64,000 nucleotides of DNA. Origin: a bacterium (GTDB taxonomy: Bacteria; Fidelibacterota; Fidelibacteria; Fidelibacterales; Fidelibacteraceae). Every line of letters begins with the position of its first letter. The stretch's first letter is position 1. The notes beneath the pieces were generated by a model. That model did not search any database. It had not been told where the DNA came from and saw only the letters and a list, made by a program, of their open reading frames with translations. Where the stretch lies: positions 32,001 through 96,000 of the forward strand of contig OY781066.1 in assembly GCA_963676395.1 (NCBI GenBank), read 5' to 3'. Shown in pieces: positions 20,360 through 31,879 of this stretch. A program made the translations under genes and the position numbers.

Positions 20360-21151
20360 TTATTTCTTATTAAATTTTCGTCTCTGGAATGCTTCCACCC
20401 ATCTGACGGGCAATAATCTGCTCAATAATGCATTCAATGGGGCGTCACCACCTACCGGATAAGTCGGTTTGGGATTTTTTTGATTGATTACATACAAAAC
20501 TTTTTTAGCAACTTCCTTAGGATTGGCACCAGTCTCAATATGATGATCTCGTATCGCCTTAAACCTTGTAACATTCTCGTAATATTCCGAGTTTGTATTC
20601 ATATAGCGGTCCTGCTCGAATCCTGTAGCAATATATCCAGGCTGTATTTGAACCACATGTATGCCAAAGGGATAAACTTCTTGCCTCAAGGAGCGAAACA
20701 TTCCCTCAATTGCGTGTTTGGTAGCACAATAAACGGAAGTAAAACCCACACCAAAAATGCCAGACATTGATGAAGTATTAATGATAAGACCTTTTCTTTT
20801 TTTGCGCATTCCAGGAAGAATAGCTTGAGTAAGTTCAACCGATGCAAAAAAATTCACATCAAATAATGATCGTACTTTTTCCATTGGCACTTCTTCAAAT
20901 GGACCAACCTGCCCTTGACCGGCATTATTAATCAGAATATCAATCTCTCCAACTTTCTCCGCCAATTCCTTAATGCTTTTTGATGATTGTAGATCCAATT
21001 GAAGATATATTACTCCCGGGATCTTTTCTTTTACAGTTTTAGGATTACGAGAAGTGCCATAAACCTCAAAACCTTTTGCAAGTAATAATTGGGCAATACA
21101 TTTTCCGATACCCGAAGAAGCTCCGGTTATAAGAACGCGTTGTTTTATCAT
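20360..21151 (-). CDS. Short-chain dehydrogenase/reductase
   Basis: TGASSGIG, NNAG, YCATK. Confidence 0.93.
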   Translation of the reverse strand: MIKQRVLITGASSGIGKCIAQLLLAKGFEVYGTSRNPKTVKEKIPGVIYLQLDLQSSKSIKELAEKVGEIDILINNAGQGQVGPFEEVPMEKVRSLFDVNFFASVELTQAILPGMRKKRKGLIINTSSMSGIFGVGFTSVYCATKHAIEGMFRSLRQEVYPFGIHVVQIQPGYIATGFEQDRYMNTNSEYYENVTRFKAIRDHHIETGANPKEVAKKVLYVINQKNPKPTYPVGGDAPLNALLSRLLPVRWVEAFQRRKFNKK

Positions 21152-21163
21152 GAATATCCCGAC

Positions 21164-21376
21164 CTAATCCAATTCTTTGTAATCAGCATCTTCGACTTTT
21201 GACATGTCGATCTTCTTTTCCACATCTTCTTTTTCATTTACATGATTTTCTGTGTGGATGTCATCCTCATTTTTACCTTTATATGGATCTGAGGGTGTAA
21301 ATAATCTTCTGATAAATAATTGATAAATCAGATAAAAAAATATTAAAACAAGAATAAAATTAAATAATGAACCCAT
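21164..21376 (-). CDS. Small single-pass membrane protein
   Basis: N-terminal TM helix, acidic tail 'VEDADYKEL'; 1-nt overlap with upstream gene. Confidence 0.7.
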   Translation of the reverse strand: MGSLFNFILVLIFFYLIYQLFIRRLFTPSDPYKGKNEDDIHTENHVNEKEDVEKKIDMSKVEDADYKELD

Positions 21377-22017
21377 TATTGAGTACCTGCCTTATAGTAT
21401 TTTGTGCCCAGAGGAGGTTGCTGAATATACTTCATAATCTCCTCAAGATCACTTTTATTGTTTACAAAATCAATTTCTGTGGTATTGATAATCAAAAGTG
21501 GTGTCTCATTATAATGAAAAAAGAATTGATTATAAAATTGATTTAATGATTCTATATAATCCCTATCCATGCCTTTTTCGTATGAACGCCCTCGATGGTC
21601 AATATTCTTAAGTAAGCGTTCAGTATCGGCTTGTAAATAGATCACGAGATCGGGTTTATTTATTTCTTTAGCAAGAATGGAATACAATTGATCATATAAA
21701 TGGAGCTCTTTTTCGTCTAGGTTGATATATGCAAACAGACGATCTTTTGCAAAAATATAATCTGTGACGATTGAGCGGTGAAAAACATCGGTTTGTCCAA
21801 ACTCCAATTGCTGGCGATACCTACTCAACAGGAAAAACAACTGAGTTTGAAACGCATACCGTTGCCGATCCCCGTAAAAATCGGATAAGAATGGATTTTC
21901 TTCGAATTTTTCAAGAATTAAACGGCTGTTCAACTTGTTGGACAATATTTTAGCCAAGCTAGTTTTGCCTACACCGATAACTCCTTCTATGGCAATATAA
22001 TATGCCGGTCCCGTCAT
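21376..22017 (-). CDS. Deoxynucleoside kinase
   Basis: IEGVIGVGKT P-loop, FQTQLFFLLSR, RGRSYE. Confidence 0.92.
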   Translation of the reverse strand: MTGPAYYIAIEGVIGVGKTSLAKILSNKLNSRLILEKFEENPFLSDFYGDRQRYAFQTQLFFLLSRYRQQLEFGQTDVFHRSIVTDYIFAKDRLFAYINLDEKELHLYDQLYSILAKEINKPDLVIYLQADTERLLKNIDHRGRSYEKGMDRDYIESLNQFYNQFFFHYNETPLLIINTTEIDFVNNKSDLEEIMKYIQQPPLGTKYYKAGTQ

Positions 22018-22517
22018 ATCTTCTCCAGCTTTGATTTATCCGGACACCGTTGAATATAGTCTTCAATACTTAGTGATGTTCCGGGAACTTGATAATTTAC
22101 ATCAATTTCACTCATAGGTAAAAGAATAAATTTCCTTTCCTCAAAATGTGTATGAGGAATAGTAAGTTTTTCTTCTTTCATAATCAAATTTCCGTAAAAT
22201 AAAATGTCAATATCTAAAGTTCTGGGGCCCATTGGACGTTTAGGATCTCGAACTCTAAAAAAACGACTTTCTATTGATAGAACATATTTAAGAATTTCAT
22301 AAGGTAATAGATCAGATCGATATTTTACCACAGCATTAACAAAATCCGGTTGTTCCTTATCATACAAAGCTTCCGTTCTCCATAATGAGCTTTGTTCTAT
22401 AAATTCTATATGCGAATTTGATGCGACTTCTTTAATCGCTCTCGTGATCAAATGTCCCGAATCGCCTAAATTGGATCCAAAACCCAAATATAGGTCCATA
22501 GCTTTTTCTCTATCCAT
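22014..22517 (-). CDS. folK: 2-amino-4-hydroxy-6-hydroxymethyldihydropteridine pyrophosphokinase
   Basis: LGFGSNLG, QPDFVN, GPRTLDIDIL, IPH; start may be the second Met (22499). Confidence 0.93.
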   Translation of the reverse strand: MDREKAMDLYLGFGSNLGDSGHLITRAIKEVASNSHIEFIEQSSLWRTEALYDKEQPDFVNAVVKYRSDLLPYEILKYVLSIESRFFRVRDPKRPMGPRTLDIDILFYGNLIMKEEKLTIPHTHFEERKFILLPMSEIDVNYQVPGTSLSIEDYIQRCPDKSKLEKI

Positions 22518-23760
22518 CTAACACCTCAATACATAATTCTTTGGCATTAGTTAAAGCTTCTGTAGAGATTTTAATGCTTTCCATTTCTCCGGGAGCCATA
22601 TGACGTTTCTTGACTGTTTTTATAACGTTATCATCAACTTTTAATCTTAAGTTCACTTGATCATAGACTTTTTTAACTCTAAAATAAAGTTCAATATCAC
22701 CTGTACAGTTTACAGGTCTGATTTTTTGAGGGACAATGTAAGATACACCCTCTCCCGGCAAACTTTCTATCGCAACTTGATCTTTAATATTTTCTTTCGC
22801 ATACTCCGCCGCAAAAAAACCAGCCTTTTTGCTCTCTTTACTAACATAATCAACGAGATCATGGACATGAGCGACATTTCCACAGGCAAATATTCCGGAT
22901 AGAGTAGTTTCCATGGCCTCGTTGACAATAGGGCCACGTGTACGTTTATCTAATTCGATGCCTACAGCGTACGGAAGTTCAATTTCAGGTAGTAACCCAA
23001 CCGATAATAATAATGCGTCGCATTCAAAACGTTTTTCACTGCCGGGTACGGGGTTAAAGTGATCATCGACTTCACTAATAAGCACTGCCTCCACTCTATC
23101 TTTACCGATAATATCCGTTACCGTATGCTGCAGCATTAACGGGATACTGTAATCTTCAAGACACTGAACAATATTTCGGGTAAGACCGCTTGAATAAGGC
23201 ATGATTTCTGCCACAGCTAAAACTTTTGCACCCTCTAGTGTCATCCTTCTTGCCATGATCAAACCAATATCGCCCGAACCAAGAATAACTACTTTCTTGC
23301 CTACCATGTACCCATCAATATTAATGAGTTTTTGGGCAGTTCCTGCCGTAATAACTCCGGCTGGCCGTGTTCCGGGTATGGCCAATGCACCACGGGTTCT
23401 TTCCCGACAGCCCATTGTTAAAACAATTGCCTTCGCATTTAATTTTTTATATCCATCTTGCGGATTTAAAGTATATACCTTTTTATCTTCGGTTATTTCA
23501 AGAACCATCGTGTCAGTTTTAATCTCAATATCTGTTTTTTTTACAAGATCAATATATTTTTGTGCATATTCAGGTCCACTCAGATCTTCTTTGAATGTAT
23601 GTAGACCAAAACCATTATGAATACACTGCTGAAGAATACCTCCCAATTCCTTTTCTCGTTCAACAATACAGACCTTTTCGGCACCATTTTCTTTCGCGGC
23701 AAGTGCAGCAGCCAATCCTGCGGGGCCGCCACCAATACAAATAACATCATAATCAATCAT
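22510..23760 (-). CDS. NAD(P)/FAD-dependent oxidoreductase (partner of GlpA-like enzyme)
   Basis: GGGPAG, GGILQQCIHNGFG, GSGDIGLIMARR, HVHDLVD. Confidence 0.88.
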   Translation of the reverse strand: MIDYDVICIGGGPAGLAAALAAKENGAEKVCIVEREKELGGILQQCIHNGFGLHTFKEDLSGPEYAQKYIDLVKKTDIEIKTDTMVLEITEDKKVYTLNPQDGYKKLNAKAIVLTMGCRERTRGALAIPGTRPAGVITAGTAQKLINIDGYMVGKKVVILGSGDIGLIMARRMTLEGAKVLAVAEIMPYSSGLTRNIVQCLEDYSIPLMLQHTVTDIIGKDRVEAVLISEVDDHFNPVPGSEKRFECDALLLSVGLLPEIELPYAVGIELDKRTRGPIVNEAMETTLSGIFACGNVAHVHDLVDYVSKESKKAGFFAAEYAKENIKDQVAIESLPGEGVSYIVPQKIRPVNCTGDIELYFRVKKVYDQVNLRLKVDDNVIKTVKKRHMAPGEMESIKISTEALTNAKELCIEVLDG

Positions 23761-25213
23761 CTGCAGCCTCTTTTTTGGTTTGGTCAATTATAATTGTAGA
23801 TAAAGAGGAGTCCTTTAACACCTCTTCCCTTGAAATACCTAATTCTCTTGCTAATATCTCAATGATCTTCGGCGAACAAAAACCACCCTGACAACGACCT
23901 CCCCCGCTTCGCGTTCTTCTTTTAATAGCGTCAAGCGTACGAGCTCCCGCATTGCGGTGGATCATATCAATTATCTCAGCTTCGGTTATTCCTTCACATC
24001 GGCATATAATCCGCCCATAATTATCATCTTTCTTTACACACTCAGCTCTTTCTTCGTGGGATAATTCTTGGAAACGAACAATTTTCCGGCGGGCAAACCG
24101 ATAGTTATCACGTTTATCTACTTTTTTATATTTAAGCACAAGATCGCAAACATATTCAGCAATGGCCGGCGCTGCCGTTAAACCCGGGGATTTAATACCG
24201 GCAACATCGATAAAACCGGGACACTCATTATAATCTTGAACAATAAAATCACCTGTATCAGCTTGAGCTCTGATACCTGAAAAAGTTGTGATCGCCATAC
24301 TTTTATCAAGCTCAGGTAATGTTTTTAATGCTTTATTCCATACCTCATCAAGTCCTTTTTGAGTTGTCTCATTAGCTTCAGGCAGATCAATATCTTCTGC
24401 ATTTGGACCAACTATCAGATTTTTATGAGCCGTTGGAGCTATTAACACACCTTTTCCCATTTTGTTTGGACACTGAAAAATTACGTGTTTTACGCTATCT
24501 CCAATATATTTATCCATCAAAAAATATTCCCCTCGCCTTGGATGGATCGAAAATGATGGTTCTAATAACATATTATGAATTTTATCGGCATATACCCCCG
24601 CTGCGTTGATCACAACGCCGGCACTAAAATCCCCTTTTGATGTTTTTATAATAAAGTTCTTGGCACTCTTTTTTATCTCAATGACTTCATGCTCATATTT
24701 TAGGTCAGCACCATGATCCATTGCATGCTCCATAAAGGCAATACAAAGCTCATAAGGGCTTACAACACCGGCGGTGGGTGAATATAGTGCCCCTTTCACT
24801 TCGGAGCTTAAATTCACTTCATTCTTTTTAATTTCCTCTGCAGAAAGTATTTCAAGTCCGGGAACCCCGTTTTTTTCTCCTCTTACACGCAAATCATTCA
24901 GTTTTTCTATTTCTTCATCGTTGAAAGCGATTACATATGAACCACAAGGAGTAAAAGGAACATCCAGTTTATTACAAATATCGGGATATATTTCATTTCC
25001 TCGAACATTAAACTTTGCCATCAAAGTACCGGGTTCCGCATCGTATCCACCGTGAACGATCCCGCTGTTTGCTTTTGTTGCCCCGTTCGAGAGATCATTT
25101 GTTTTTTCAAGAAGACAAATTGATAATTTATACTCAGATAGCGCAGATGCGATGGCAGTACCGCTTATTCCGCCTCCAATAATTATGACATCATAAGTGC
25201 TTAGTGTTTTCAT
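23753..25213 (-). CDS. FAD-dependent oxidoreductase with C-terminal BFD-like [2Fe-2S] domain (GlpA/L-2-hydroxyglutarate oxidase-like)
   Basis: TKANSGIVHGGYD, SPGLTAAPAIA, ICRCE...GRCQGGFC. Confidence 0.88.
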   Translation of the reverse strand: MKTLSTYDVIIIGGGISGTAIASALSEYKLSICLLEKTNDLSNGATKANSGIVHGGYDAEPGTLMAKFNVRGNEIYPDICNKLDVPFTPCGSYVIAFNDEEIEKLNDLRVRGEKNGVPGLEILSAEEIKKNEVNLSSEVKGALYSPTAGVVSPYELCIAFMEHAMDHGADLKYEHEVIEIKKSAKNFIIKTSKGDFSAGVVINAAGVYADKIHNMLLEPSFSIHPRRGEYFLMDKYIGDSVKHVIFQCPNKMGKGVLIAPTAHKNLIVGPNAEDIDLPEANETTQKGLDEVWNKALKTLPELDKSMAITTFSGIRAQADTGDFIVQDYNECPGFIDVAGIKSPGLTAAPAIAEYVCDLVLKYKKVDKRDNYRFARRKIVRFQELSHEERAECVKKDDNYGRIICRCEGITEAEIIDMIHRNAGARTLDAIKRRTRSGGGRCQGGFCSPKIIEILARELGISREEVLKDSSLSTIIIDQTKKEAADD

Positions 25214-28032
25214 TACAATATCTTCTTTAAAAATTCTCCGGTATAAGAGCCATTATGTGCTGCGACATCTTCAGGTGTACCCGAAACAAGAATATTACCC
25301 CCCTTATTTCCACCTTCGGGTCCCAAATCTATTACCCAATCGGCACTCTTGATCATATCCATATTATGTTCAATGATCAAAACCGTATTACCTTTATCGA
25401 CTAATTTATTTAAAACTTCCAATAGCATGTGAACATCAGAAAAATGCAGACCAGTTGTCGGTTCATCAAGCACATACAGTGTTTTACCGGTACCCATACG
25501 ACTTAGTTCAGTTGCGAGCTTTACACGCTGTGCTTCACCCCCGGACAATGTTGTAGCCTGCTGACCTAAATGTATATATCCTAGACCAACATCATACAAA
25601 GTTTGTAGCTTTTTTTGAATTTTTGGATGATTTTTAAAGAATTCAAGAGCTTCTTCAACAGTCATATCCAGTACTTCGCTAATATTCTTACCACGATATT
25701 TGATCTCAAGAGTTTCTCGATTATATCGCTTACCCTTACAGACTTCGCACGTAACATATACATCTGATAAAAAGTGCATTTCTATCTTTTTAACGCCATC
25801 ACCGCTACAGGATTCACAACGACCACCTTTTACGTTAAATGAAAAGCGTCCGGGTTGATAACCACGCAGCTTCGACTCTTGTAAAGATGAAAATAATTCA
25901 CGAATGTAAGTAAATACGCCTGTGTATGTGGCAGGGTTCGATCGTGGCGTTCGCCCTATCGGTGACTGATTGATATTAATGATCTTGTCAAGCTGGTCTT
26001 TCCCCGTCATACGCTCGTATTTTAAGGGAGTACCCTTTGCATGCATTAAATCTCTATTTAGTATTTGCACCAATGTTTCGTTGATCAGAGTGCTTTTACC
26101 GGATCCGCTGACTCCCGTAACACAAGTCATTGTTCCTAATGGAATTTCGACATTAACTTTCTTTAAATTATTACCTTCAGCTCCATACAACTTAATTTTT
26201 TTACCATTTCCCTTACGTCGTTCATCAGGTATTTTGATTTTCTTCTTACCTGAAAGATACAGACCGGTAGAAGACTTATCACAAGCCATCACCTGCTGAG
26301 GTGTCCCTTCACAAACAACTTCACCACCATGGATTCCTGCTCCGGGGCCAATATCTATAAGCCAATCAGCTTCTTCCATAGTTTCCTGGTCATGCTCTAT
26401 CACAATGATTGTATTTCCAAGATCGCGCAAACCTTTAAGCGTTTGTAACAATTTTGTGTTATCACGTTGATGAAGTCCAATACTTGGTTCATCCAAAATA
26501 TACATTACACCCATCAATTGTGAACCGATCTGTGTTGCTAATCTTATACGTTGAGCCTCTCCACCCGATAGTGTGCCGGCCGAACGATTCAGAGTAAGAT
26601 AATCAAGTCCGACATTTTGCAAAAAACCTAATCTTTGCTTCATTTCTTTAGTTATCTGTTCGGATATAACTTTTTCTGTATCAGTAAGTTCTAACCCATT
26701 AATAAAAGCAAGTGCTTCATGAATTGACATGCGTTCAAGATCATCAATACTACACTTATTTATAAGGACTGAAGTTGAAATTCGTTTTAAACGGGATCCA
26801 TTACATACCCTACAGGTTTGCTGTGAAATATACTTTTCAATCGTTTCCCGCATGTAGGCTGAGCTGGTCTGATGATACCGTCTTTTTAAGTTCGGGATCA
26901 CACCTTCCCAGCCCCCGGTATATTGACCACTCCAGTTTTTACCTTGATAATCAATTACCAGTCTTTTGCCTTTGGTGCCATAAAGAAGAATATCCTGAAC
27001 TTCTTTACTTAATTTATACCAAGGTGTAGAAAATTTAAAATTAAATTTCTCAGACAGACCCTTTAATACATTTCCATAATACGTACCTTTAGGCTGCTCA
27101 CCAATAGGAGCCAAAGCGCCTTGCAATAGTGATTTATTTTTATCAGGAACTACGAGGTCGGGGGAAAACTCCATCTGATAACCAAGTCCATTACAGGCAG
27201 GACAAGCGCCAATAGGATTATTAAAAGAAAACATCCTGGGGGTAAGTTCTTCTAAATTGACTTCCGGATGATCCGTACAAATGAAATTTTCACTATATTT
27301 ATGTTCTACCTTGGCTGATTCATATATGATAACATTACCATTGCCATGCTTTAAAGCTAATTCTACACTCTCAGTTAAACGTTGTTGAACATCTTGGTTG
27401 ATTACCAATCGATCTATCACGACATCAACATCATGTTTATTATTTCTTTCAGGTGTTTCAACATCACTTAATTGAAAAATTTTTCCGTCAACTCTTACAC
27501 GAAGAAATCCTTCTTTTTTTAGTTGATTAAAGTATTCGCGAAACTCACCTTTTCTCTGGCGATAAGCAGGAGCTAACACTTGAATTTTTGCCCCCTCGGG
27601 CATTTCCATCACCCTATCAACTATTTCCTGAACGGTCATCTTTGAGATTGGCTTTCCGCATATAAAACAATGAGGTTTTCCAATGCGTGCAAATAATAGA
27701 CGCATATAATCATGGATTTCGGTAATCGTTGCGACCGTAGAACGAGGATTTCTATGGGTAGTCTTCTGTTCAATTGAAATGGCCGGCGAAAGACCTTCAA
27801 TTTTATCAATATCGGGTTTTTCCATTATACCCAAAAATTGACGAGCATACGACGATAAAGATTCAACATAACGTCGTTGACCTTCAGCATACAGTGTATC
27901 GAAGGCCAAAGAAGATTTACCACTTCCACTTAACCCTGTGATTACCACTAACTTATCTCTTGGTATCTCAAGATGAATATCTTTAAGATTGTGTTCTCTG
28001 GCACCTGAAATTATAATCTTATCGTGGGACAT
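25213..28032 (-). CDS. uvrA: Excinuclease ABC subunit A
   Basis: GAREHNLK, two Walker A motifs (GSGKS), LSGGEAQR, zinc fingers. Confidence 0.98.
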   Translation of the reverse strand: MSHDKIIISGAREHNLKDIHLEIPRDKLVVITGLSGSGKSSLAFDTLYAEGQRRYVESLSSYARQFLGIMEKPDIDKIEGLSPAISIEQKTTHRNPRSTVATITEIHDYMRLLFARIGKPHCFICGKPISKMTVQEIVDRVMEMPEGAKIQVLAPAYRQRKGEFREYFNQLKKEGFLRVRVDGKIFQLSDVETPERNNKHDVDVVIDRLVINQDVQQRLTESVELALKHGNGNVIIYESAKVEHKYSENFICTDHPEVNLEELTPRMFSFNNPIGACPACNGLGYQMEFSPDLVVPDKNKSLLQGALAPIGEQPKGTYYGNVLKGLSEKFNFKFSTPWYKLSKEVQDILLYGTKGKRLVIDYQGKNWSGQYTGGWEGVIPNLKRRYHQTSSAYMRETIEKYISQQTCRVCNGSRLKRISTSVLINKCSIDDLERMSIHEALAFINGLELTDTEKVISEQITKEMKQRLGFLQNVGLDYLTLNRSAGTLSGGEAQRIRLATQIGSQLMGVMYILDEPSIGLHQRDNTKLLQTLKGLRDLGNTIIVIEHDQETMEEADWLIDIGPGAGIHGGEVVCEGTPQQVMACDKSSTGLYLSGKKKIKIPDERRKGNGKKIKLYGAEGNNLKKVNVEIPLGTMTCVTGVSGSGKSTLINETLVQILNRDLMHAKGTPLKYERMTGKDQLDKIININQSPIGRTPRSNPATYTGVFTYIRELFSSLQESKLRGYQPGRFSFNVKGGRCESCSGDGVKKIEMHFLSDVYVTCEVCKGKRYNRETLEIKYRGKNISEVLDMTVEEALEFFKNHPKIQKKLQTLYDVGLGYIHLGQQATTLSGGEAQRVKLATELSRMGTGKTLYVLDEPTTGLHFSDVHMLLEVLNKLVDKGNTVLIIEHNMDMIKSADWVIDLGPEGGNKGGNILVSGTPEDVAAHNGSYTGEFLKKIL

Positions 28033-28138
28033 TTTTCCTCTAATATTTATCATTAAAGATAAGGATTTTAATGAATTTTAGGAAGCATAATTTACGTTTC
28101 TATAGAGTATTTTTTATTTTAAAAGAATGTAAGTGCTT

Positions 28139-29191
28139 TTAATTTTCTATTAATATTTTATTTAGCAACAGCTCAAAGTCCTTATTATCAGGGTCAATCG
28201 ATAAAGCTTTTTTGCAAGCATTAATAGCACTTACGGTCATTCCTTGTTCTTTATATGCGGTAGCTAAAAATTTCCATGCGGGTAAATAGGTGCTATCGAT
28301 TTCTACCGCAGCCGTATAGGACTCAATTTCCTTTTTCACATAAGAAAGATTATGATACGCATGTCCCAGAGCAAGGTAAAGCTCAGGATCATGATTCAAA
28401 ACCAAGGCTTGCTTATATAATTGAAGCGCAAGATCGTATTTTTCGGTAGCTAAATAATAAGCCGAAAGATTTAATACACCTTTTTTATGTCCCGGACAAC
28501 GTTTTACAAGATCTTTATACTCCGCGATCATTAAAGAATTTAAACCCTGCCCCCTATATGCTAAGGCAAGATTGTATCTCGCATCACAAAATCCCGGATC
28601 TAGGTGTAATGACTTTTTATAATAAACAATAGCAGAAGCATAAGCTTCCTTTTCGAGATAGATATTAGCGAGATTGTACATAATTAAAGACGAATTTGGA
28701 TCATATTGGGCCGCATCTTTGAGGTAAGAATATGCCTTACCCCGATTCCCCATTACCAAATAAAGATTTGCTAGATTATTGTAAAGAAAAGCCTCTGTAG
28801 GAGCAAATTTTATACTTTTCAATAAAATTGTTTCCGCTTCTTTAAGTTTATTTTGTCCTATTAGCGAATTGGCAAGACCGTTATAGGCAAAAGCATAGGT
28901 GGAATCGTAATCAATAGCATGTTGAAAATATTCAATAGCCTTTTCATATTCCTTGTTCTTCGCAAAAACATGCCCTTCTTTTACATAGATGATCACATTA
29001 TCGTAATATTCAACCGGGACAAGATCATACGATGTAAAGGCTTCCTCAAAATTTAAAGGATCATGCTCACCGTATTCAATATTGATTGATGTTTCAGGCT
29101 TTCCCTCGGCAAAAAGTAAAATGCATGAACATAGTAAAACACATATACTTTTAAAGTATTTCGTAGAATTTCGATCTTTCAACATTTTCAC
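28139..29191 (-). CDS. Tetratricopeptide repeat protein, probably exported
   Basis: Multiple 'YNNLA/YNLA' TPR units; N-terminal hydrophobic stretch; start uncertain. Confidence 0.85.
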   Translation of the reverse strand: MKMLKDRNSTKYFKSICVLLCSCILLFAEGKPETSINIEYGEHDPLNFEEAFTSYDLVPVEYYDNVIIYVKEGHVFAKNKEYEKAIEYFQHAIDYDSTYAFAYNGLANSLIGQNKLKEAETILLKSIKFAPTEAFLYNNLANLYLVMGNRGKAYSYLKDAAQYDPNSSLIMYNLANIYLEKEAYASAIVYYKKSLHLDPGFCDARYNLALAYRGQGLNSLMIAEYKDLVKRCPGHKKGVLNLSAYYLATEKYDLALQLYKQALVLNHDPELYLALGHAYHNLSYVKKEIESYTAAVEIDSTYLPAWKFLATAYKEQGMTVSAINACKKALSIDPDNKDFELLLNKILIEN

Positions 29192-30455
29192 CTCCGCTTA
29201 TACTAAAACGCTTTTCAATGGAGTTTGCAAGTTCTTCGATCTCTTTTTTCTTATCGCTTTTAAGTGTTATAAGCGCTTCATTCTTTTCAATATTTTCGCC
29301 AATATGTTTATGTACTATCAAACCGGCTTTGGGATCAATCATATCCGTAAGGGCTTTACGACCCGCTCCTAACGTTATTGCATCCAACCCTAGTTGGTAG
29401 TTGTTTATTGATGCGATCGTGCCGCCATGAGACGCTTTGACGGTAATTACGTGACTTGATTTGTCATATTTAGATGGATTCTCGAGATATGATATATCTG
29501 CACCTTGTATCTCGGCTATCTTAAGAAATGCTTCAAAAGCTTTTCCGTTATCAAGAAGTGTTTCAAGCTCTTTCGTTATATCTTCAATATTACGCTTTGG
29601 TTCAGTCATCGCGATCATTTGTGCAGTCAAAACAATTGATAATTCTCGTACTTTTGACGGTCCACCACCCTTTAATACGTCCAGTGATTCTTCAACTTCC
29701 AGCCAGTTACCGATCTTATCTCCCAAAGGTTCATTCATATCAGAGATAACCGGACGTACCGACAAGCCATAAGCTTCACCGAAATATTTTAACTGTTGAG
29801 CCAGATGCTTGGTTTGCTCATATTCGGGTATAAAAGCTCCATTTCCCGTTTTAACATCCAAAACGAGTCCCTGTATACCTTCGGCGATCTTTTTACTTAA
29901 AATTGAACCGCAAATTAGTGGGATAGAGCGCACCGTAGCTGTGACATCACGCAGGGCATATAATACTTTGTCGGCAGGACAAAGATCGCCCGTTTGACCG
30001 ATAAGAGCACATCCAATCTTATCAGTTTGCTTTCTAAAAGCCTCTAAAGTCATTTGAGTTGAGAAGCCAGGTATACTTTCGAGCTTATCAAGTGTTCCAC
30101 CGGAATGACCTAAGCCTCTTCCTGAAATCATAGGAACCTTAACTTTTCCGCTAGCCATTGCCAATGGCGCGAGGATAAGTGATATTTTATCACCCACACC
30201 ACCGGTACTATGTTTATCAGCATAGAATGTGTTTTTATCTTCAAATTGTACTCGTCGCCCGCTGTTAAGGATCACATCAATATATCCATTAATCTCATTT
30301 GAGTTCATACCTTTAAAATAGACTGCCATTAATAAAGCAGCCATTTGATAATCAGGAATTGATTTATTCACATATCCATTTACAAAAAATGATATTTCGT
30401 CTTTTGTCAGCTCTTTACCCGCTTGTTTCTTTTCTATTAAGGTATAAGGTATCAT
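29151..30455 (-). CDS. pdp: Pyrimidine-nucleoside/thymidine phosphorylase
   Basis: DKHSTGGVGDK, SGRGLGHSGGTLDKLE, SILSKK. Confidence 0.94.
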   Translation of the reverse strand: MIPYTLIEKKQAGKELTKDEISFFVNGYVNKSIPDYQMAALLMAVYFKGMNSNEINGYIDVILNSGRRVQFEDKNTFYADKHSTGGVGDKISLILAPLAMASGKVKVPMISGRGLGHSGGTLDKLESIPGFSTQMTLEAFRKQTDKIGCALIGQTGDLCPADKVLYALRDVTATVRSIPLICGSILSKKIAEGIQGLVLDVKTGNGAFIPEYEQTKHLAQQLKYFGEAYGLSVRPVISDMNEPLGDKIGNWLEVEESLDVLKGGGPSKVRELSIVLTAQMIAMTEPKRNIEDITKELETLLDNGKAFEAFLKIAEIQGADISYLENPSKYDKSSHVITVKASHGGTIASINNYQLGLDAITLGAGRKALTDMIDPKAGLIVHKHIGENIEKNEALITLKSDKKKEIEELANSIEKRFSISGGENVERSKFYEIL

Positions 30456-31867
30456 GTTTTTTCTCTGTTATTTTTCTTGTTAAACTTTTTAATTAATTTA
30501 TTAATAAATCTTGGTATTCTAATACTAATACGCTCTCTGATGGCATATCGTACCAATACAACACCCAGTAAGGCAAAAAGGATATTTCCACCCCACATTG
30601 CCAGCCAGGGAGTCATAAGCAATCTGTCTGCCAAACGTTCACCGGTCATTAAAAGCCCCCAATATATCAAGAAGAATACCAATGAAATTCCACCGGAAAT
30701 ACCCAAGCCTCCGCGTCTTACGATCATTCCCAAGGGTGCACCGATCAAAACAAAGATCACTGCCGATAATGGCATGGCTATCTTCTTATGCATTTCTACG
30801 AGGTAACGACTTTCGCTTTGTTTATATCTCCGTGACATATCGCGAAAAGAACGAATTCGCATTTTAGCATTCTCCATAACCCTTAAGGAGTCGCGCCATG
30901 CTTTTTTTTCGCCTGCTTTTAATCCCGCAAGCGCAGAAGAATCCTTTATATTTTGAATGGTTTGAGTTATAATGCTTAAACTTTCTTTTGAAGCAACACC
31001 AGTCGTATCAAATCCCGCTTCATAAAGGTTTTTAACCATGTTTCGCTTTGACTTAACTTGAAGATCACGATACTCCAATATTTTTTTATGCATATCCGTA
31101 ATTGACATCTCTCTATCGGATCTAAACTTTGAATCTCTTCTTCTTAGCTCCAAATTTCGTACCGCAACCACCATTCTGAATTTATCAAAGGATGAAAGGC
31201 GATATTCCTGTGATTTATTTTGCAAGAATTCATGATATTCGCCATCATACAAATTTAAAATAACCTTATCGCCTACAACTTCCAATTTTCCGCTCTTTGC
31301 CCAAATTGTTTCTTGAATTTTGGCGGCATCATGATAAACAAGAATATCAAATAACATATCATCATGTTTTTCACGAATAAGGATACGATAATCGGGTATG
31401 TCTTCTAAAAAATAGCCGGCATCAAAATTTATATCAGGATGTTTATAGGCAATATCCTGACTTAGAAGCTTATATTTATGATTGGCATCGGGTAACACAT
31501 TATTATTGTAATACAGCATACCGCTTGCAATGATCGTAGCAAAAAGTAACGATGGCAATAATATTTGTATAAAGTTTATTCCCGAAGCACGCCAGGCTGT
31601 GATCTCATTATCTTCTCCAAATCGACCGAATGCCATTAAAACTGCAATAAATACCGCAACCGGAACAACTTCAGCAAAAATAGGAGCCAAGCTTAAGACC
31701 ATGAATTCGGAAATAACCATAAAACCTAGATCTTTTCCCACCAATTTATCAATTTGGGAGATAAGATATTGTACAAGAAAAATAAAGGAAAAGACAAAAA
31801 GAGCACCTAAAAATGGAAATAAGTGTTCTTTAAAGACGTAACTGTATATTTTCTTCATACCAAGCAT
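30452..31867 (-). CDS. lptF: LPS export permease LptF/LptG family
   Basis: GRFGEDNEITAWRASG, EMHKKIAMP, three plus three TM layout. Confidence 0.85.
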   Translation of the reverse strand: MLGMKKIYSYVFKEHLFPFLGALFVFSFIFLVQYLISQIDKLVGKDLGFMVISEFMVLSLAPIFAEVVPVAVFIAVLMAFGRFGEDNEITAWRASGINFIQILLPSLLFATIIASGMLYYNNNVLPDANHKYKLLSQDIAYKHPDINFDAGYFLEDIPDYRILIREKHDDMLFDILVYHDAAKIQETIWAKSGKLEVVGDKVILNLYDGEYHEFLQNKSQEYRLSSFDKFRMVVAVRNLELRRRDSKFRSDREMSITDMHKKILEYRDLQVKSKRNMVKNLYEAGFDTTGVASKESLSIITQTIQNIKDSSALAGLKAGEKKAWRDSLRVMENAKMRIRSFRDMSRRYKQSESRYLVEMHKKIAMPLSAVIFVLIGAPLGMIVRRGGLGISGGISLVFFLIYWGLLMTGERLADRLLMTPWLAMWGGNILFALLGVVLVRYAIRERISIRIPRFINKLIKKFNKKNNREKT

Positions 31868-31879
31868 TGATTCTTTTCT

